Assembly: GCA_963718575.1 (NCBI GenBank)
Contig: OY970358.1
Location: 578,172-642,171 of the forward strand
DNA: 64,000 nucleotides
Direction of reading: 5' to 3'
Source: an uncultured bacterium
Lineage (GTDB): Bacteria; Patescibacteriota; Minisyncoccia; UBA6257; 2-01-FULL-56-20
The position numbers were made by a program, and so were the translations under genes. The notes beneath the pieces are model-generated. The model ran no database searches. It was not told where the DNA came from and was given only the letters and a program-made list of their open reading frames with translations. This document shows, piece after piece, positions 39,210 through 47,786 of the stretch (position 1 is the first letter of the stretch; each line of letters opens with the position of its first letter).

Positions 39210-40544
39210 ATGCCAAAGAACTTTACGCAAAAACAAATAATAATCATCGGAGGCACCGCTCTCGTGATTATCATCGCTGCGGTTCTCTTTTTGTTGAACA
39301 TTCGCTCGACGCCCGCGTCAGAGCAGACGATCAAAGTCACCATCTGGGGAACGGACAGCCAGCAGGCGTTCGATGACATGATCGGCGCGTACACCGGACC
39401 CGGTTCCGGCACGCAATCAGAGATCAAGTATACGCAGATCGATCCGGCGCAATATCAGAGCAAGCTCCTCGCGGCGCTCGCCGCCGGCACGGGGCCCGAC
39501 ATGTTCGAGATCCCGAACCGCGACCTGCCCCAGCTTGAAAGCGTCGCCGCGCCGCTCCCGGCATCGCTCTCGACGACGTTCAGCCAGGTGACGTTGCAAA
39601 ACGATTTCCCGGACGTTGTCTCACGGGATTTTGTCTCCGGCGGGAATATTTATGCACTTCCGATCTCGATCGACACGCTCGCGATGATCTACAACAAGGA
39701 TCTGTTCAACACCGCCGGCATCGCGACGGTGCCCACAACATGGGAGGAGCTCCAGACGGACTTGCCGAAGCTGCGCGTGGAGAATGCGCAGGGCCAGATC
39801 ACGCAGGCGGCGCTCGCGATGGGTGGTTCCGAAAAGAGCATTGCCGATGCGCCCGATATTATTTTTCTTTTGATGATGCAGAACGGCGCGCAGATGAATT
39901 CCACGGACGGATCGTCGGTGACGTTTGCGACGGGCGGCGGCAATAATGGAACCGGTGGTGGCTCAAGCGACGCCGGCCTCAACGCTTTCAATTATTATCT
40001 GCAGTTCGCGAATGCCGCGGACCCGAACTACACGTGGAGCGACGACATGGGCGATTCGCTCGCGAGCTTCGAGCAGGGAAAGACCGCGGTCATCTTCGAT
40101 TACTCTTCCGCGCTCCCCGCCATCACCGCTGCGGCACCGTTCCTGAACTACGGCGTCGCCGCGATGCCCCAGCCCGCAAACGCGACGGTGGCGGTGAACT
40201 ACGCAAAGTACAACGGTCTTGCGGTCTCGCGCGCCAGCACGCAGATCGCCGGCGCGTGGAACTTCATCATCAATTTGACGACGTCTGCCGCGGATGAGAA
40301 CATATACACGAAGGACACGGGCGCGCCAGGCGCATTGCGGGCGGTGATCGCGGCGGATGAGGCCGATCCCGCGCTTGCGGTCTTCGCCGCGCAGGAGCTC
40401 ACCGCGCAGTCGTGGCACGAGTCGAATAGCGAGACCATCGATTCGATCATGAACACCGCGATAGAGAACGTCCTGAACGGCGCATCCGATTCAACCACCG
40501 CCCTCACCCAGGCGCAGAGCGCGATGAACGCGATAGGGAATTGA
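39210..40544 (+). CDS. ABC transporter substrate-binding protein, family 1 (sugar type), membrane anchored.
   Basis: N-terminal transmembrane anchor, size and overall SBP_bac_1-like pattern. Confidence 0.45.
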   Translation: MPKNFTQKQIIIIGGTALVIIIAAVLFLLNIRSTPASEQTIKVTIWGTDSQQAFDDMIGAYTGPGSGTQSEIKYTQIDPAQYQSKLLAALAAGTGPDMFEIPNRDLPQLESVAAPLPASLSTTFSQVTLQNDFPDVVSRDFVSGGNIYALPISIDTLAMIYNKDLFNTAGIATVPTTWEELQTDLPKLRVENAQGQITQAALAMGGSEKSIADAPDIIFLLMMQNGAQMNSTDGSSVTFATGGGNNGTGGGSSDAGLNAFNYYLQFANAADPNYTWSDDMGDSLASFEQGKTAVIFDYSSALPAITAAAPFLNYGVAAMPQPANATVAVNYAKYNGLAVSRASTQIAGAWNFIINLTTSAADENIYTKDTGAPGALRAVIAADEADPALAVFAAQELTAQSWHESNSETIDSIMNTAIENVLNGASDSTTALTQAQSAMNAIGN

Positions 40545-40569
40545 GGCAGCCGCATACCCACCACAATTC

Positions 40570-41100
40570 ATGAATATAAAAAAAACTGCCGCGAAGCTAC
40601 TGCTGATTCTCCTTATTGGATCTTCTGCGGCGTTGCCGATGGTTTCGTTCGCCGCTCAGAATCAAAGCGGCGGGGCTGTTTCATATTCCGCCCCCTCGCT
40701 TTGGCCCACCGGATTCTGGGGGCCGATAGTATGGTGCACGGGGGACTATCTTTCGGGTACGGGCAATAATCAGATAAACGGTCCCGGCGGCCAGCCGCCC
40801 GCGTGCAGCAATCTCTGTGACCTTGTCGGTACGTTCATCAATATTATTTATCTCGCGATGTCGATCGCAATTTTCATCATTGCGCCGATATCGGTTGCTG
40901 TGGGCGGAATCATGATCATGTTCTCCGGCGCAAACCCCGGGTTGCTCGAGCAGGGAAAGAAAGTCTTGACCGGCGCCGTCATCGGACTTGCGATCGTCCT
41001 GTGCTCGTACCTCATCGTGAACACCGTTTTGTGGGCATTCAATATCACCGCAATCGGAGGATTCAATGGCAACGCGTCCGCCTGTTCGATATCATCATGA
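40570..41100 (+). CDS. TrbC/VirB2-like pilin-topology protein, paralog 1.
   Basis: Signal peptide, then helix FINIIYLAMSIAIFIIAPISVAVGGIMIMF, loop SGANPGLLEQGKK, then helix VIGLAIVLCSYLIVN. Confidence 0.4.
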   Translation: MNIKKTAAKLLLILLIGSSAALPMVSFAAQNQSGGAVSYSAPSLWPTGFWGPIVWCTGDYLSGTGNNQINGPGGQPPACSNLCDLVGTFINIIYLAMSIAIFIIAPISVAVGGIMIMFSGANPGLLEQGKKVLTGAVIGLAIVLCSYLIVNTVLWAFNITAIGGFNGNASACSISS

Positions 41101-41981
41101 GATCTTTATTTAAAAGGAATAAAAACATATTTCTTTTCGTTCTTTCCTTAGCGCTTATTGTTTTTGCTTTACCCCTCGTACTTCCGGCACTATTTTCTCC
41201 TTCCTCCGCATCCGCGCAGACGCAGATTACGATTGCGACGAGCGTCCCCGGTACCTATGGTGCCGCCGCATCGGGGGGTGCGCCCGGAGCATTTGTCGCT
41301 GACTTCTATTGGTTCGCGTTGATCATCGGCGGGGTGATCGCGTTCGGAGTGGTCGTCTACGGCGGAATAAAATACATGACCTCTGCCGGAAATCCTTCCG
41401 GGCAAAGTGATGCAAAAGAATGGATCGAGGCGGCGATTTTGGGAATACTGTTACTTGCGGGCGTTTACTTTATATTGAGCGTCATCAATCCCCAGCTGCT
41501 CAACCTCAACCTGCCGGGACTTACGGCGGTGAATATTTCGAGCATCCCCGTGCCGGGAAATCCCGGTGGTGGTGGCAATAGCCCGACCACTCCGCCAACG
41601 GGTTGCGCGGGTGGAACATGCGTCACGCTTCCGAATTGCACGCAAACAAAAGCGACCACGGGTGCGGGAGCAATCAATTGCGGTGGCACGCCCGCCATCG
41701 CCGCAGTGTTGAATTGCGTCAACCAGGCTGACCCTAATTACACCGTGTCTGAAGGATATCCGCCGGCGGTGGATCATTCCGATCCTGGCCATAACACCGG
41801 ATGTGCGATCGATGTGCATGTAAGCAGTTGCGCCGCTGGCGCGGCATTCATGAGTGCCGCCCAGAGCTGTGGCGCCTCGAAAGTATTAAATGAGTATTCA
41901 AATTGCGGAGGAAATATTTATTCCCATACGACTGGCGGCAATATTCATATCGATGCCCCGAAAGGCCAAGGAGGCTGCTGA
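41097..41981 (+). CDS. Pilin-topology protein (paralog 2) fused to a C-terminal M15/LAS-type zinc peptidase domain.
   Basis: Signal peptide, helix, loop MTSAGNPSGQSDAKEW, helix. A Gly/Pro linker follows. The C-terminal region contains HNTGCAID (H-x6-D) and a later His. ATGA overlap with the previous gene. Confidence 0.4.
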   Translation: MRSLFKRNKNIFLFVLSLALIVFALPLVLPALFSPSSASAQTQITIATSVPGTYGAAASGGAPGAFVADFYWFALIIGGVIAFGVVVYGGIKYMTSAGNPSGQSDAKEWIEAAILGILLLAGVYFILSVINPQLLNLNLPGLTAVNISSIPVPGNPGGGGNSPTTPPTGCAGGTCVTLPNCTQTKATTGAGAINCGGTPAIAAVLNCVNQADPNYTVSEGYPPAVDHSDPGHNTGCAIDVHVSSCAAGAAFMSAAQSCGASKVLNEYSNCGGNIYSHTTGGNIHIDAPKGQGGC

Positions 41982-41990
41982 TATAACCCC

Positions 41991-42512
41991 ATGAAAAAAA
42001 TTTTTATCATCTCTCTGCTCCTCTTTGTTGCCATTCTTGTGGGTATGATTTGCTTCTCTCGGATAAAAATATCTTCGGCTCAGACGGCAACGATAAGTAA
42101 CCCCGTACTTCCCGCAACTTCCATTCCTGATTATTTGGCCAACGCATCTGTAGTTTTTGGTAGTAATCCGACAGGGGCGACGCTCCAAATCGGCACTACA
42201 CAGGGGACGGTGACCATGAATAATTTTTATATCCCCGATCCCGCCGTGGATACGTCGCAATATATCGTCATAAAGTACACCCAAAATTATCTCTTCGATT
42301 ACGATCCGACCGACAGCAGTTTCTGGATCGGCGTGAGTGGGATTCCGTTCAGCGCCTGGCAAAGCACCGCCGAACAGGATTTTTTGACGACACTGGGGAT
42401 AAGCCAAGGAGACGCATGTAAATTGGACGTTGTGGAGGGCGTCATCTACGACCCGCAAAATCCCGACGACGGCCTGTCCTTCCCATTGAGTTTTTGTGAT
42501 ACGACGCAATAA
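41991..42512 (+). CDS. Secreted or membrane-anchored hypothetical protein inside the pilin-like array.
   Basis: ORF track. N-terminal hydrophobic helix. Confidence 0.4.
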   Translation: MKKIFIISLLLFVAILVGMICFSRIKISSAQTATISNPVLPATSIPDYLANASVVFGSNPTGATLQIGTTQGTVTMNNFYIPDPAVDTSQYIVIKYTQNYLFDYDPTDSSFWIGVSGIPFSAWQSTAEQDFLTTLGISQGDACKLDVVEGVIYDPQNPDDGLSFPLSFCDTTQ

Positions 42513-42539
42513 GCGTCCGGATTTGGTATAATGAATTCC

Positions 42540-42899
42540 ATGATCAAGACGGTGAGAAAAAATGGGGTGATAGGAGGAACTGCCTTATACTCATTGTTCA
42601 TTTCCGGGATTGCTCATGCGCAATCCCAGTCCATCACGCTTACTGACCCGCTTGGGGGAAATGAGACGTTTTTGAGCGTAGCAACCGCCGTGGGGGGGTT
42701 CATTTTTTGGGACATTGCCATGCCATTTTCAATTATTATGGTGCTCGTCGGTGCGTTTCAATTGATGACATCAGCTGGCGAGCCGGAAAAGGTTTCTCAA
42801 GGCAGGAAGACGATCATGTATGCAGCGATCGGATTTGCCATTGCGCTCATTGCCGGCGGTATTACCAATATCATTAAAAGCTTCATCGGCGTCTCGTAA
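42540..42899 (+). CDS. TrbC/VirB2-like pilin-topology protein, paralog 3.
   Basis: Signal peptide (...GIAHA), helix, loop LMTSAGEPEKVSQGRKT, helix IMYAAIGFAIALIAGG. Extended -10 TGgTATAAT lies 7 nt upstream of the ATG. Confidence 0.45.
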   Translation: MIKTVRKNGVIGGTALYSLFISGIAHAQSQSITLTDPLGGNETFLSVATAVGGFIFWDIAMPFSIIMVLVGAFQLMTSAGEPEKVSQGRKTIMYAAIGFAIALIAGGITNIIKSFIGVS

Positions 42900-42973
42900 T
42901 TGGCTTTTAAATGAAAATATGGGATACTAAGCATAATAAATGGTCGAAATAAAACGTTAAATTTCCATTTGTC

Positions 42974-43387
42974 ATGAAGAAAATGAAAATGTGGCTGACG
43001 GAGCATCCTCTTTCAAAGATATTAGGGGCGCTTTCCCTGAATCTTCTGTTTGTTCGGTTTGCCAACGCGCAAACGTTGCCGCCACCGCCGTCTCCTGTTC
43101 AGAACAGTACGGGGCTCATGAACGTTCTTTGTTCTTTCATCGCCTATTTCTTCTGGATAGTGATTATCATCTCGGTCATTTTTGTCCTTTATGCAGCGTT
43201 TTCCTATGTGACTGCAGGTGATGATACAGAAAAGACTACAAAAGCTCGCAAGACGCTCACCTATGCGGCTATTGGCATTGCGGTGGCACTCCTTGCCACT
43301 ACATTTCCGACGATCGTTGGAAGTATCTTCCCGAATGCGACACTATCACTGAGCCCTGGCCAAGTCTGCACCGTCTTCGGCGGCTAA
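42974..43387 (+). CDS. TrbC/VirB2-like pilin-topology protein, paralog 4.
   Basis: Signal peptide, helix FIAYFFWIVIIISVIFVLYAAF, loop TAGDDTEKTTKARKT, helix LTYAAIGIAVALLA. Confidence 0.45.
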   Translation: MKKMKMWLTEHPLSKILGALSLNLLFVRFANAQTLPPPPSPVQNSTGLMNVLCSFIAYFFWIVIIISVIFVLYAAFSYVTAGDDTEKTTKARKTLTYAAIGIAVALLATTFPTIVGSIFPNATLSLSPGQVCTVFGG

Positions 43388-43469
43388 GGTTGTCACGATG
43401 GGGCGGGTGTGATATCTTAAAACAGTACCTTAGAAAGGTCGAATACCTCTATAAAATCCATTTAACGTC

Positions 43470-43862
43470 ATGAAAAAAGTAATCAATTTTGCAAAGGAAT
43501 TCAGCCCGTCGATCATCGCGTTGGTCATCCCCGCGATGGCATTCGCGCAGAACCTTCCTCAGCCGGTTCCGCCGTCTGGAGTGAATGTCCCTCAGGGGAA
43601 CATCACAAGCCTGCAGTCGGTGCTTCAGCTCCTCTGCACGGTCTTCGCATGGGCATTCTATTTCCTCATTGTGATCGCCGTCATCTTCGTCATTGTCGCG
43701 GCCTTCCGCTACCTCACTGCAGCCGGTGAGCCGGAGAAGGTGAAGGAAGCGGGAAACACGTTGCTCTATGCCGCGGTCGCGATCGGCGTCGCATTGTTGG
43801 CTCGTGCCGTCCCGCTCGTCATCGGAAGCTTCCTCGGCGCAAGCGGAGTGAGTTCGTGTTAG
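43470..43862 (+). CDS. TrbC/VirB2-like pilin-topology protein, paralog 5.
   Basis: Signal peptide, helix, loop LTAAGEPEKVKEAGNT, helix LLYAAVAIGVALLA. Confidence 0.45.
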   Translation: MKKVINFAKEFSPSIIALVIPAMAFAQNLPQPVPPSGVNVPQGNITSLQSVLQLLCTVFAWAFYFLIVIAVIFVIVAAFRYLTAAGEPEKVKEAGNTLLYAAVAIGVALLARAVPLVIGSFLGASGVSSC

Positions 43863-43886
43863 TGGAAAGTTAAACAGAAATATGCA

Positions 43887-43920
43887 AAAGGCCCCCGACA
43901 AGGGGTCTTTTGTTTTTTGC
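43887..43920 (+). terminator. Rho-independent terminator ending the pilin-like array.
   Basis: GGCCCCC gacaa GGGGTC followed by TTTTGTTTTTTG. Confidence 0.6.
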
Positions 43921-44005
43921 GCAGCAAGAAACTTTATCGAGAATTTTAAAAGATAAAAAAATCCCCCAGAGCCGAAGCTGCCGGGGGATAATGTACTACA
44001 AGGTG

Positions 44006-45130
44006 CTAGTTGATGTCGACCGGAATGTTTTGGAAGGAATACGCATGTGAGCGGGCATCCTCTCCTATCACATTGAGAGTGAAGGCAAGTTTCGTAGCTC
44101 CGGAGGTCCTACGAAATCTGAAAACAAAACCATTCTTGCTTCCGGGGATGAGCTTCCGGGCATTCCCTCCCCTCAGAAATTGGATCGATCCGTTGGAATC
44201 CCAGACATTAAATCCAACGCCGCGGTCATCTACGCCGGCACTGTCGCCAATGTAGACCAATGGGTTTTCCGACCCATCTTTGTTATTTTGGATGTATCCT
44301 TCGCAGTCAATCTCGTCTGATGCGATATACTTCGCAGCATACATCCGAATACGAAACGTTCCTTCATCGCCGGACATCGGCATGATTTCAATCCGTGGCG
44401 AGAGAGCCAGAAGATGCTTTTCCTGGGGGTCCGTTGTCGGTCGTGCCGTAGCCAGTGGTTGTTCGGTGTGCAGCGGATTACCTGTGTATGCAGGGCGAGC
44501 CGCGGAAGGTTTTCCTTGAAACGCCTTATCGGTTTGGTTCCCGTTGGATTGTGCAAATACATTCTTGAGGTGAAGATTTTTTCTCCCTCCCAAGCAACAT
44601 ATCAGCATAATTACACAGCCCAGTGCAACGAGCGCTCGAACGGTTTTTTTACTGGTTTCAACGAAGCAGAAAATTGCTGCGACGATGGGAACAAGCAGAA
44701 AAGCAAGGCGGCGATCGTTTGCGACTGGCACCAGGCTAAGAATAATGCCCGCGACCAGTTCGAGACCAAGGATGAATCGGATGATATTCGTTGCCCTCCG
44801 AGCCTCGGCGACGAATTTTCCAAGAAGTCGATTACTCTTTGAAAACGCTACTTCTCCGACCAGGACTGAAAGTGGGCCGAGGCCGGTGATAAGCCAGAGG
44901 AAGATAAGAAGGGGAACAATGGTTGCGATGGGTACCGCGTATTGCGCAAATTTGTACCCTGGCATTGCAGCGAGCAGTAAGACGAATGGCCATATGAAGG
45001 CCAGCCTTGCCGCAGTTCTGAGGCGTCGCATGACGATCCGAATTGCTCGGATGGTCTGACCGCCGACCACTCTGATGAGTTCGGCGGCAAGCTCGCCCAT
45101 ATCATTGAACATTCCGAACAACTCGTTCAT
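44006..45130 (-). CDS. Multi-pass membrane protein with a C-terminal soluble domain. Hypothetical.
   Basis: ORF track. Five or six hydrophobic segments. A minus-strand terminator (ATCCCCC...GGGGGAT plus T-tract) lies downstream at about 43958-43995. Confidence 0.45.
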   Translation of the reverse strand: MNELFGMFNDMGELAAELIRVVGGQTIRAIRIVMRRLRTAARLAFIWPFVLLLAAMPGYKFAQYAVPIATIVPLLIFLWLITGLGPLSVLVGEVAFSKSNRLLGKFVAEARRATNIIRFILGLELVAGIILSLVPVANDRRLAFLLVPIVAAIFCFVETSKKTVRALVALGCVIMLICCLGGRKNLHLKNVFAQSNGNQTDKAFQGKPSAARPAYTGNPLHTEQPLATARPTTDPQEKHLLALSPRIEIMPMSGDEGTFRIRMYAAKYIASDEIDCEGYIQNNKDGSENPLVYIGDSAGVDDRGVGFNVWDSNGSIQFLRGGNARKLIPGSKNGFVFRFRRTSGATKLAFTLNVIGEDARSHAYSFQNIPVDIN

Positions 45131-45735
45131 GAGATCCTCCTAAGTGCGTCGGTAAGACTGCGGATGGATGGGCGAACCATGCCTGCTGCAGTGTTGATGT
45201 TTATAGCAACTCTTTTGAGAGAAGCTTCAACGGTTTCGCGTATCGCGCGGAGGTCATCGTCAATGATGTTTTCTCCTGCTCTCATCCGTTCGGCGATCTT
45301 GATCACATATTGCATCGCGTTATCGTGCCGCAGGATACCCATTGTGGCGATGAATTCCTCGTACGTTGGGAGACTTCCAAGTCCTCGAAGTACTGTTGTT
45401 CTTGGACCTTGTTGGAGTTGGTTGAGGAGATTTACGATGTCCCCCTCGGTGATGATCCCAGTGGCCGTCTCGCATTCTGCGCGAATAAGCCATTGACGGA
45501 TGTTCTCCGCCGCCGCGCTATCTTTCGCGTCCGCAGAGAGTCGCATAGCCATAAGATCGCGCATGAGCGCCGGCCGTCCGGTGTCGCTGACGAGGTCTTT
45601 TGCCTTTTTTACCACTGCGGTCTGGACGTGATTCCTCAGCGCCTCGATGAGTGAGTTGAAACCTACGGTTCCAGCAACACCAGCGAGCGCGCTGAAAATC
45701 ACTTCCCACATCGTTTTTTCCTTCTCATCGGCCAT
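45127..45735 (-). CDS. Hypothetical soluble protein, co-operonic with 44006-45130 through an ATGA overlap.
   Basis: ORF track. Confidence 0.45.
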   Translation of the reverse strand: MADEKEKTMWEVIFSALAGVAGTVGFNSLIEALRNHVQTAVVKKAKDLVSDTGRPALMRDLMAMRLSADAKDSAAAENIRQWLIRAECETATGIITEGDIVNLLNQLQQGPRTTVLRGLGSLPTYEEFIATMGILRHDNAMQYVIKIAERMRAGENIIDDDLRAIRETVEASLKRVAININTAAGMVRPSIRSLTDALRRIS

Positions 45736-45887
45736 GGCGGCCTCCTTTTCTGGTGATCTGGATCTGTTTTTTTTGTTAAATTGTTGCGCTTGCTACTAGG
45801 AATATTCTAGCATTATATTATATATTTGTCAAATAACATAAAAGCCCAGTTTTATGGGCTTTTATGGCACGCGCCTACTTAATACTT

Positions 45888-46190
45888 TTATATCCCCCTC
45901 TTTATCCTCTCCAATTCTGCCTGTTTTTCACCCTCTTTTTTAAAGGTTGACATAGTGTGGGCGGTTTTCAACCCCTCGTTCTTCAACGCGGCAATTAGCG
46001 CAGAGCCATCGGCCTGCTTGGTAATAGCTTCTTCCACAAAAGCAGCGATAATCGCATTTTTACTCTCCTCGGGAAATTCCTTAAGGTGTTCAAGCAGAAA
46101 CTTGCGCGCCTTTTCTTCGTCGCCCTTGTCGATAATGGCGAAAAACTGATCTATGAGGTGTGCCGGTATTGTATTGTCCATAACTATCAA
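45888..46190 (-). CDS. Hypothetical protein.
   Basis: ORF track. Overlaps the stop of the upstream ORF by 4 nt. Confidence 0.4.
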   Translation of the reverse strand: MIVMDNTIPAHLIDQFFAIIDKGDEEKARKFLLEHLKEFPEESKNAIIAAFVEEAITKQADGSALIAALKNEGLKTAHTMSTFKKEGEKQAELERIKRGI

Positions 46191-47260
46191 CTCTTCATAA
46201 TTTGCTCAATCTTTGAAGAAAAAAGAGAAGCGAGGATGGATGCCCAAAACCCCTTCTTGCCTTTCAGTTTATCCTGTGTGTACGCTTTAGAAAATCCGTG
46301 CAGGGCCTCATCGTCGTTCATCTCTTGGTGGCCCCTCCGATATACATCGAATGCGCTATTTAATTCCTCCTTGCTGGCTTTTGTTTGTAGTATTGAATTT
46401 CGTACCTCTTTCATTTCTGCAAAGGACATATTTGGCTCCGATTTCTCGGGGCTATCCTTCTTAAGATCTGCGACTAAGGATTCTTTAATTAAAGGATTCT
46501 CCATCATGGTAAGTTGAAGGAGTGAGCCGACGTCTTTCATATCGGCCTCATAACGCTCCCAATATTCTTCAATATCTCGCGCATTATCAAGAGATTGTTG
46601 ATGGACTTCATTCTCTTGCTTCTTTCTGCGCGTGGCTATTTTTTGCCAAAGACTATATTGGCTGCGGGCTAGCTTGACGATCTTCTCCGGATCGCCGGTT
46701 TGTAATAATTCGAGGTATTCACCCTCCGCAATGCCGTTTTCCTTACACCATTTTTTTATATCCTCATCTTCTTCGTCCAGCTTTTTCTTGCTCTCTGCCA
46801 TTTGCTGGAGGGCATCTTCAAGATCAATGAACCGCTGGCGCTCGGTTATGGCCGCGCGCGGAAGGTGTTTGGAGAGCGCGGCTTTGATCCCGTCACGACC
46901 GACCATCCCGGCAATCGTTTGCAGTTCCGGCGATGATGCTACGAGTTTTGTGAGGGTATTCGCATCGAGAGATTCTGTGATTGATTTAGATCGGTCGAGG
47001 ATTTCAAGAAACCCCTTCCTTTTCTCTTCAAGTGCTGCAAAATCGTTGCTATCGACCTCAAGCCTGGGTCCGGCGAGTTTGCTCCCAAGATCTTTTACTC
47101 CCTCTGTCTCGAGATATTCTCCAAAAAGATCCTGCTGTTCCTTGTTTGCAAGGATTTCCTTTAGGGTCGGCCCTTCAATCTCTTTTTTGGATTCATCTTT
47201 TTCCCCAAAATTCTCACGCCGATCTTTCTGGTGTTGTGCGTACTTTTCCGTAATGGACAT
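46187..47260 (-). CDS. Acidic, Lys/Glu-rich hypothetical protein.
   Basis: ORF track. Confidence 0.45.
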   Translation of the reverse strand: MSITEKYAQHQKDRRENFGEKDESKKEIEGPTLKEILANKEQQDLFGEYLETEGVKDLGSKLAGPRLEVDSNDFAALEEKRKGFLEILDRSKSITESLDANTLTKLVASSPELQTIAGMVGRDGIKAALSKHLPRAAITERQRFIDLEDALQQMAESKKKLDEEDEDIKKWCKENGIAEGEYLELLQTGDPEKIVKLARSQYSLWQKIATRRKKQENEVHQQSLDNARDIEEYWERYEADMKDVGSLLQLTMMENPLIKESLVADLKKDSPEKSEPNMSFAEMKEVRNSILQTKASKEELNSAFDVYRRGHQEMNDDEALHGFSKAYTQDKLKGKKGFWASILASLFSSKIEQIMKS

Positions 47261-47337
47261 TACGATTAATATATAGATATATTCCGCTTTTGTCCAATTT
47301 CTCCAAAAGGTATTATGATGGAGGGGTTATAGTTAGC

Positions 47338-47418
47338 GCCCAGGTGGTGAAATGGCATACACGTCAGCTTTAGGAGCTGATGCCGAAAGGCGTGGAGGTT
47401 CAAGTCCTCTCCTGGGCA
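47338..47418 (+). tRNA. tRNA-Leu (anticodon TAG) with a long variable arm.
   Basis: GCCCAGG...TCAGC TTTAGGA GCTGA...TGCCGAAAGGCGT...GGAGGTTCAAGTCCTCT CCTGGGC A. Confidence 0.75.
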
Positions 47419-47438
47419 CACTTTACAACGATATTTCT

Positions 47439-47702
47439 ATGGGTTATAATATTGCTAGTGATGTTGGGAGATACATCTCAACACTTACAGAAGGGAAGTG
47501 TGATATGGGTTTAGATGTGAACAGTAAACAAGTACCGGTAGTAACCGTGAACTTCCCGCCTATGCCAATTTTTTCGGACTTTAAACAAATTGGACCTGAC
47601 GGAGAGCCTTTGATATTACTTCAGAACATCAATTACTCTAAGGCGCTTGAGGCGTGGAAGGAGGCTTGCGCAACAATGTCGCGGGCTATCAATCTTAAGT
47701 AA
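47439..47702 (+). CDS. Small hypothetical protein downstream of tRNA-Leu.
   Basis: The ORF-track ORF 47352-47702 overlaps the tRNA. The internal Met at 47439 was taken as the start. Confidence 0.25.
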   Translation: MGYNIASDVGRYISTLTEGKCDMGLDVNSKQVPVVTVNFPPMPIFSDFKQIGPDGEPLILLQNINYSKALEAWKEACATMSRAINLK

Positions 47703-47732
47703 TGAGGGAGTTAGGTCTCTCGGCGTTACAGT

Positions 47733-47772
47733 AAAAAGCCGACCACCGCAAGCGCGTGGTCGGTTCTTTTTT
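47733..47772. terminator. Bidirectional rho-independent terminator.
   Basis: CCGACCAC cgcaagcgc GTGGTCGG flanked by an A-tract and a T-tract. Confidence 0.6.
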
Positions 47773-47786
47773 ATGTGACTAGAAAA

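Noticed and set aside
37235-39427. Long minus-strand ORFs (262 aa and 451 aa) inside gyrA.
   Set aside because: Antisense to a confidently identified gene. GC-driven open frames with Arg/His-rich translations.
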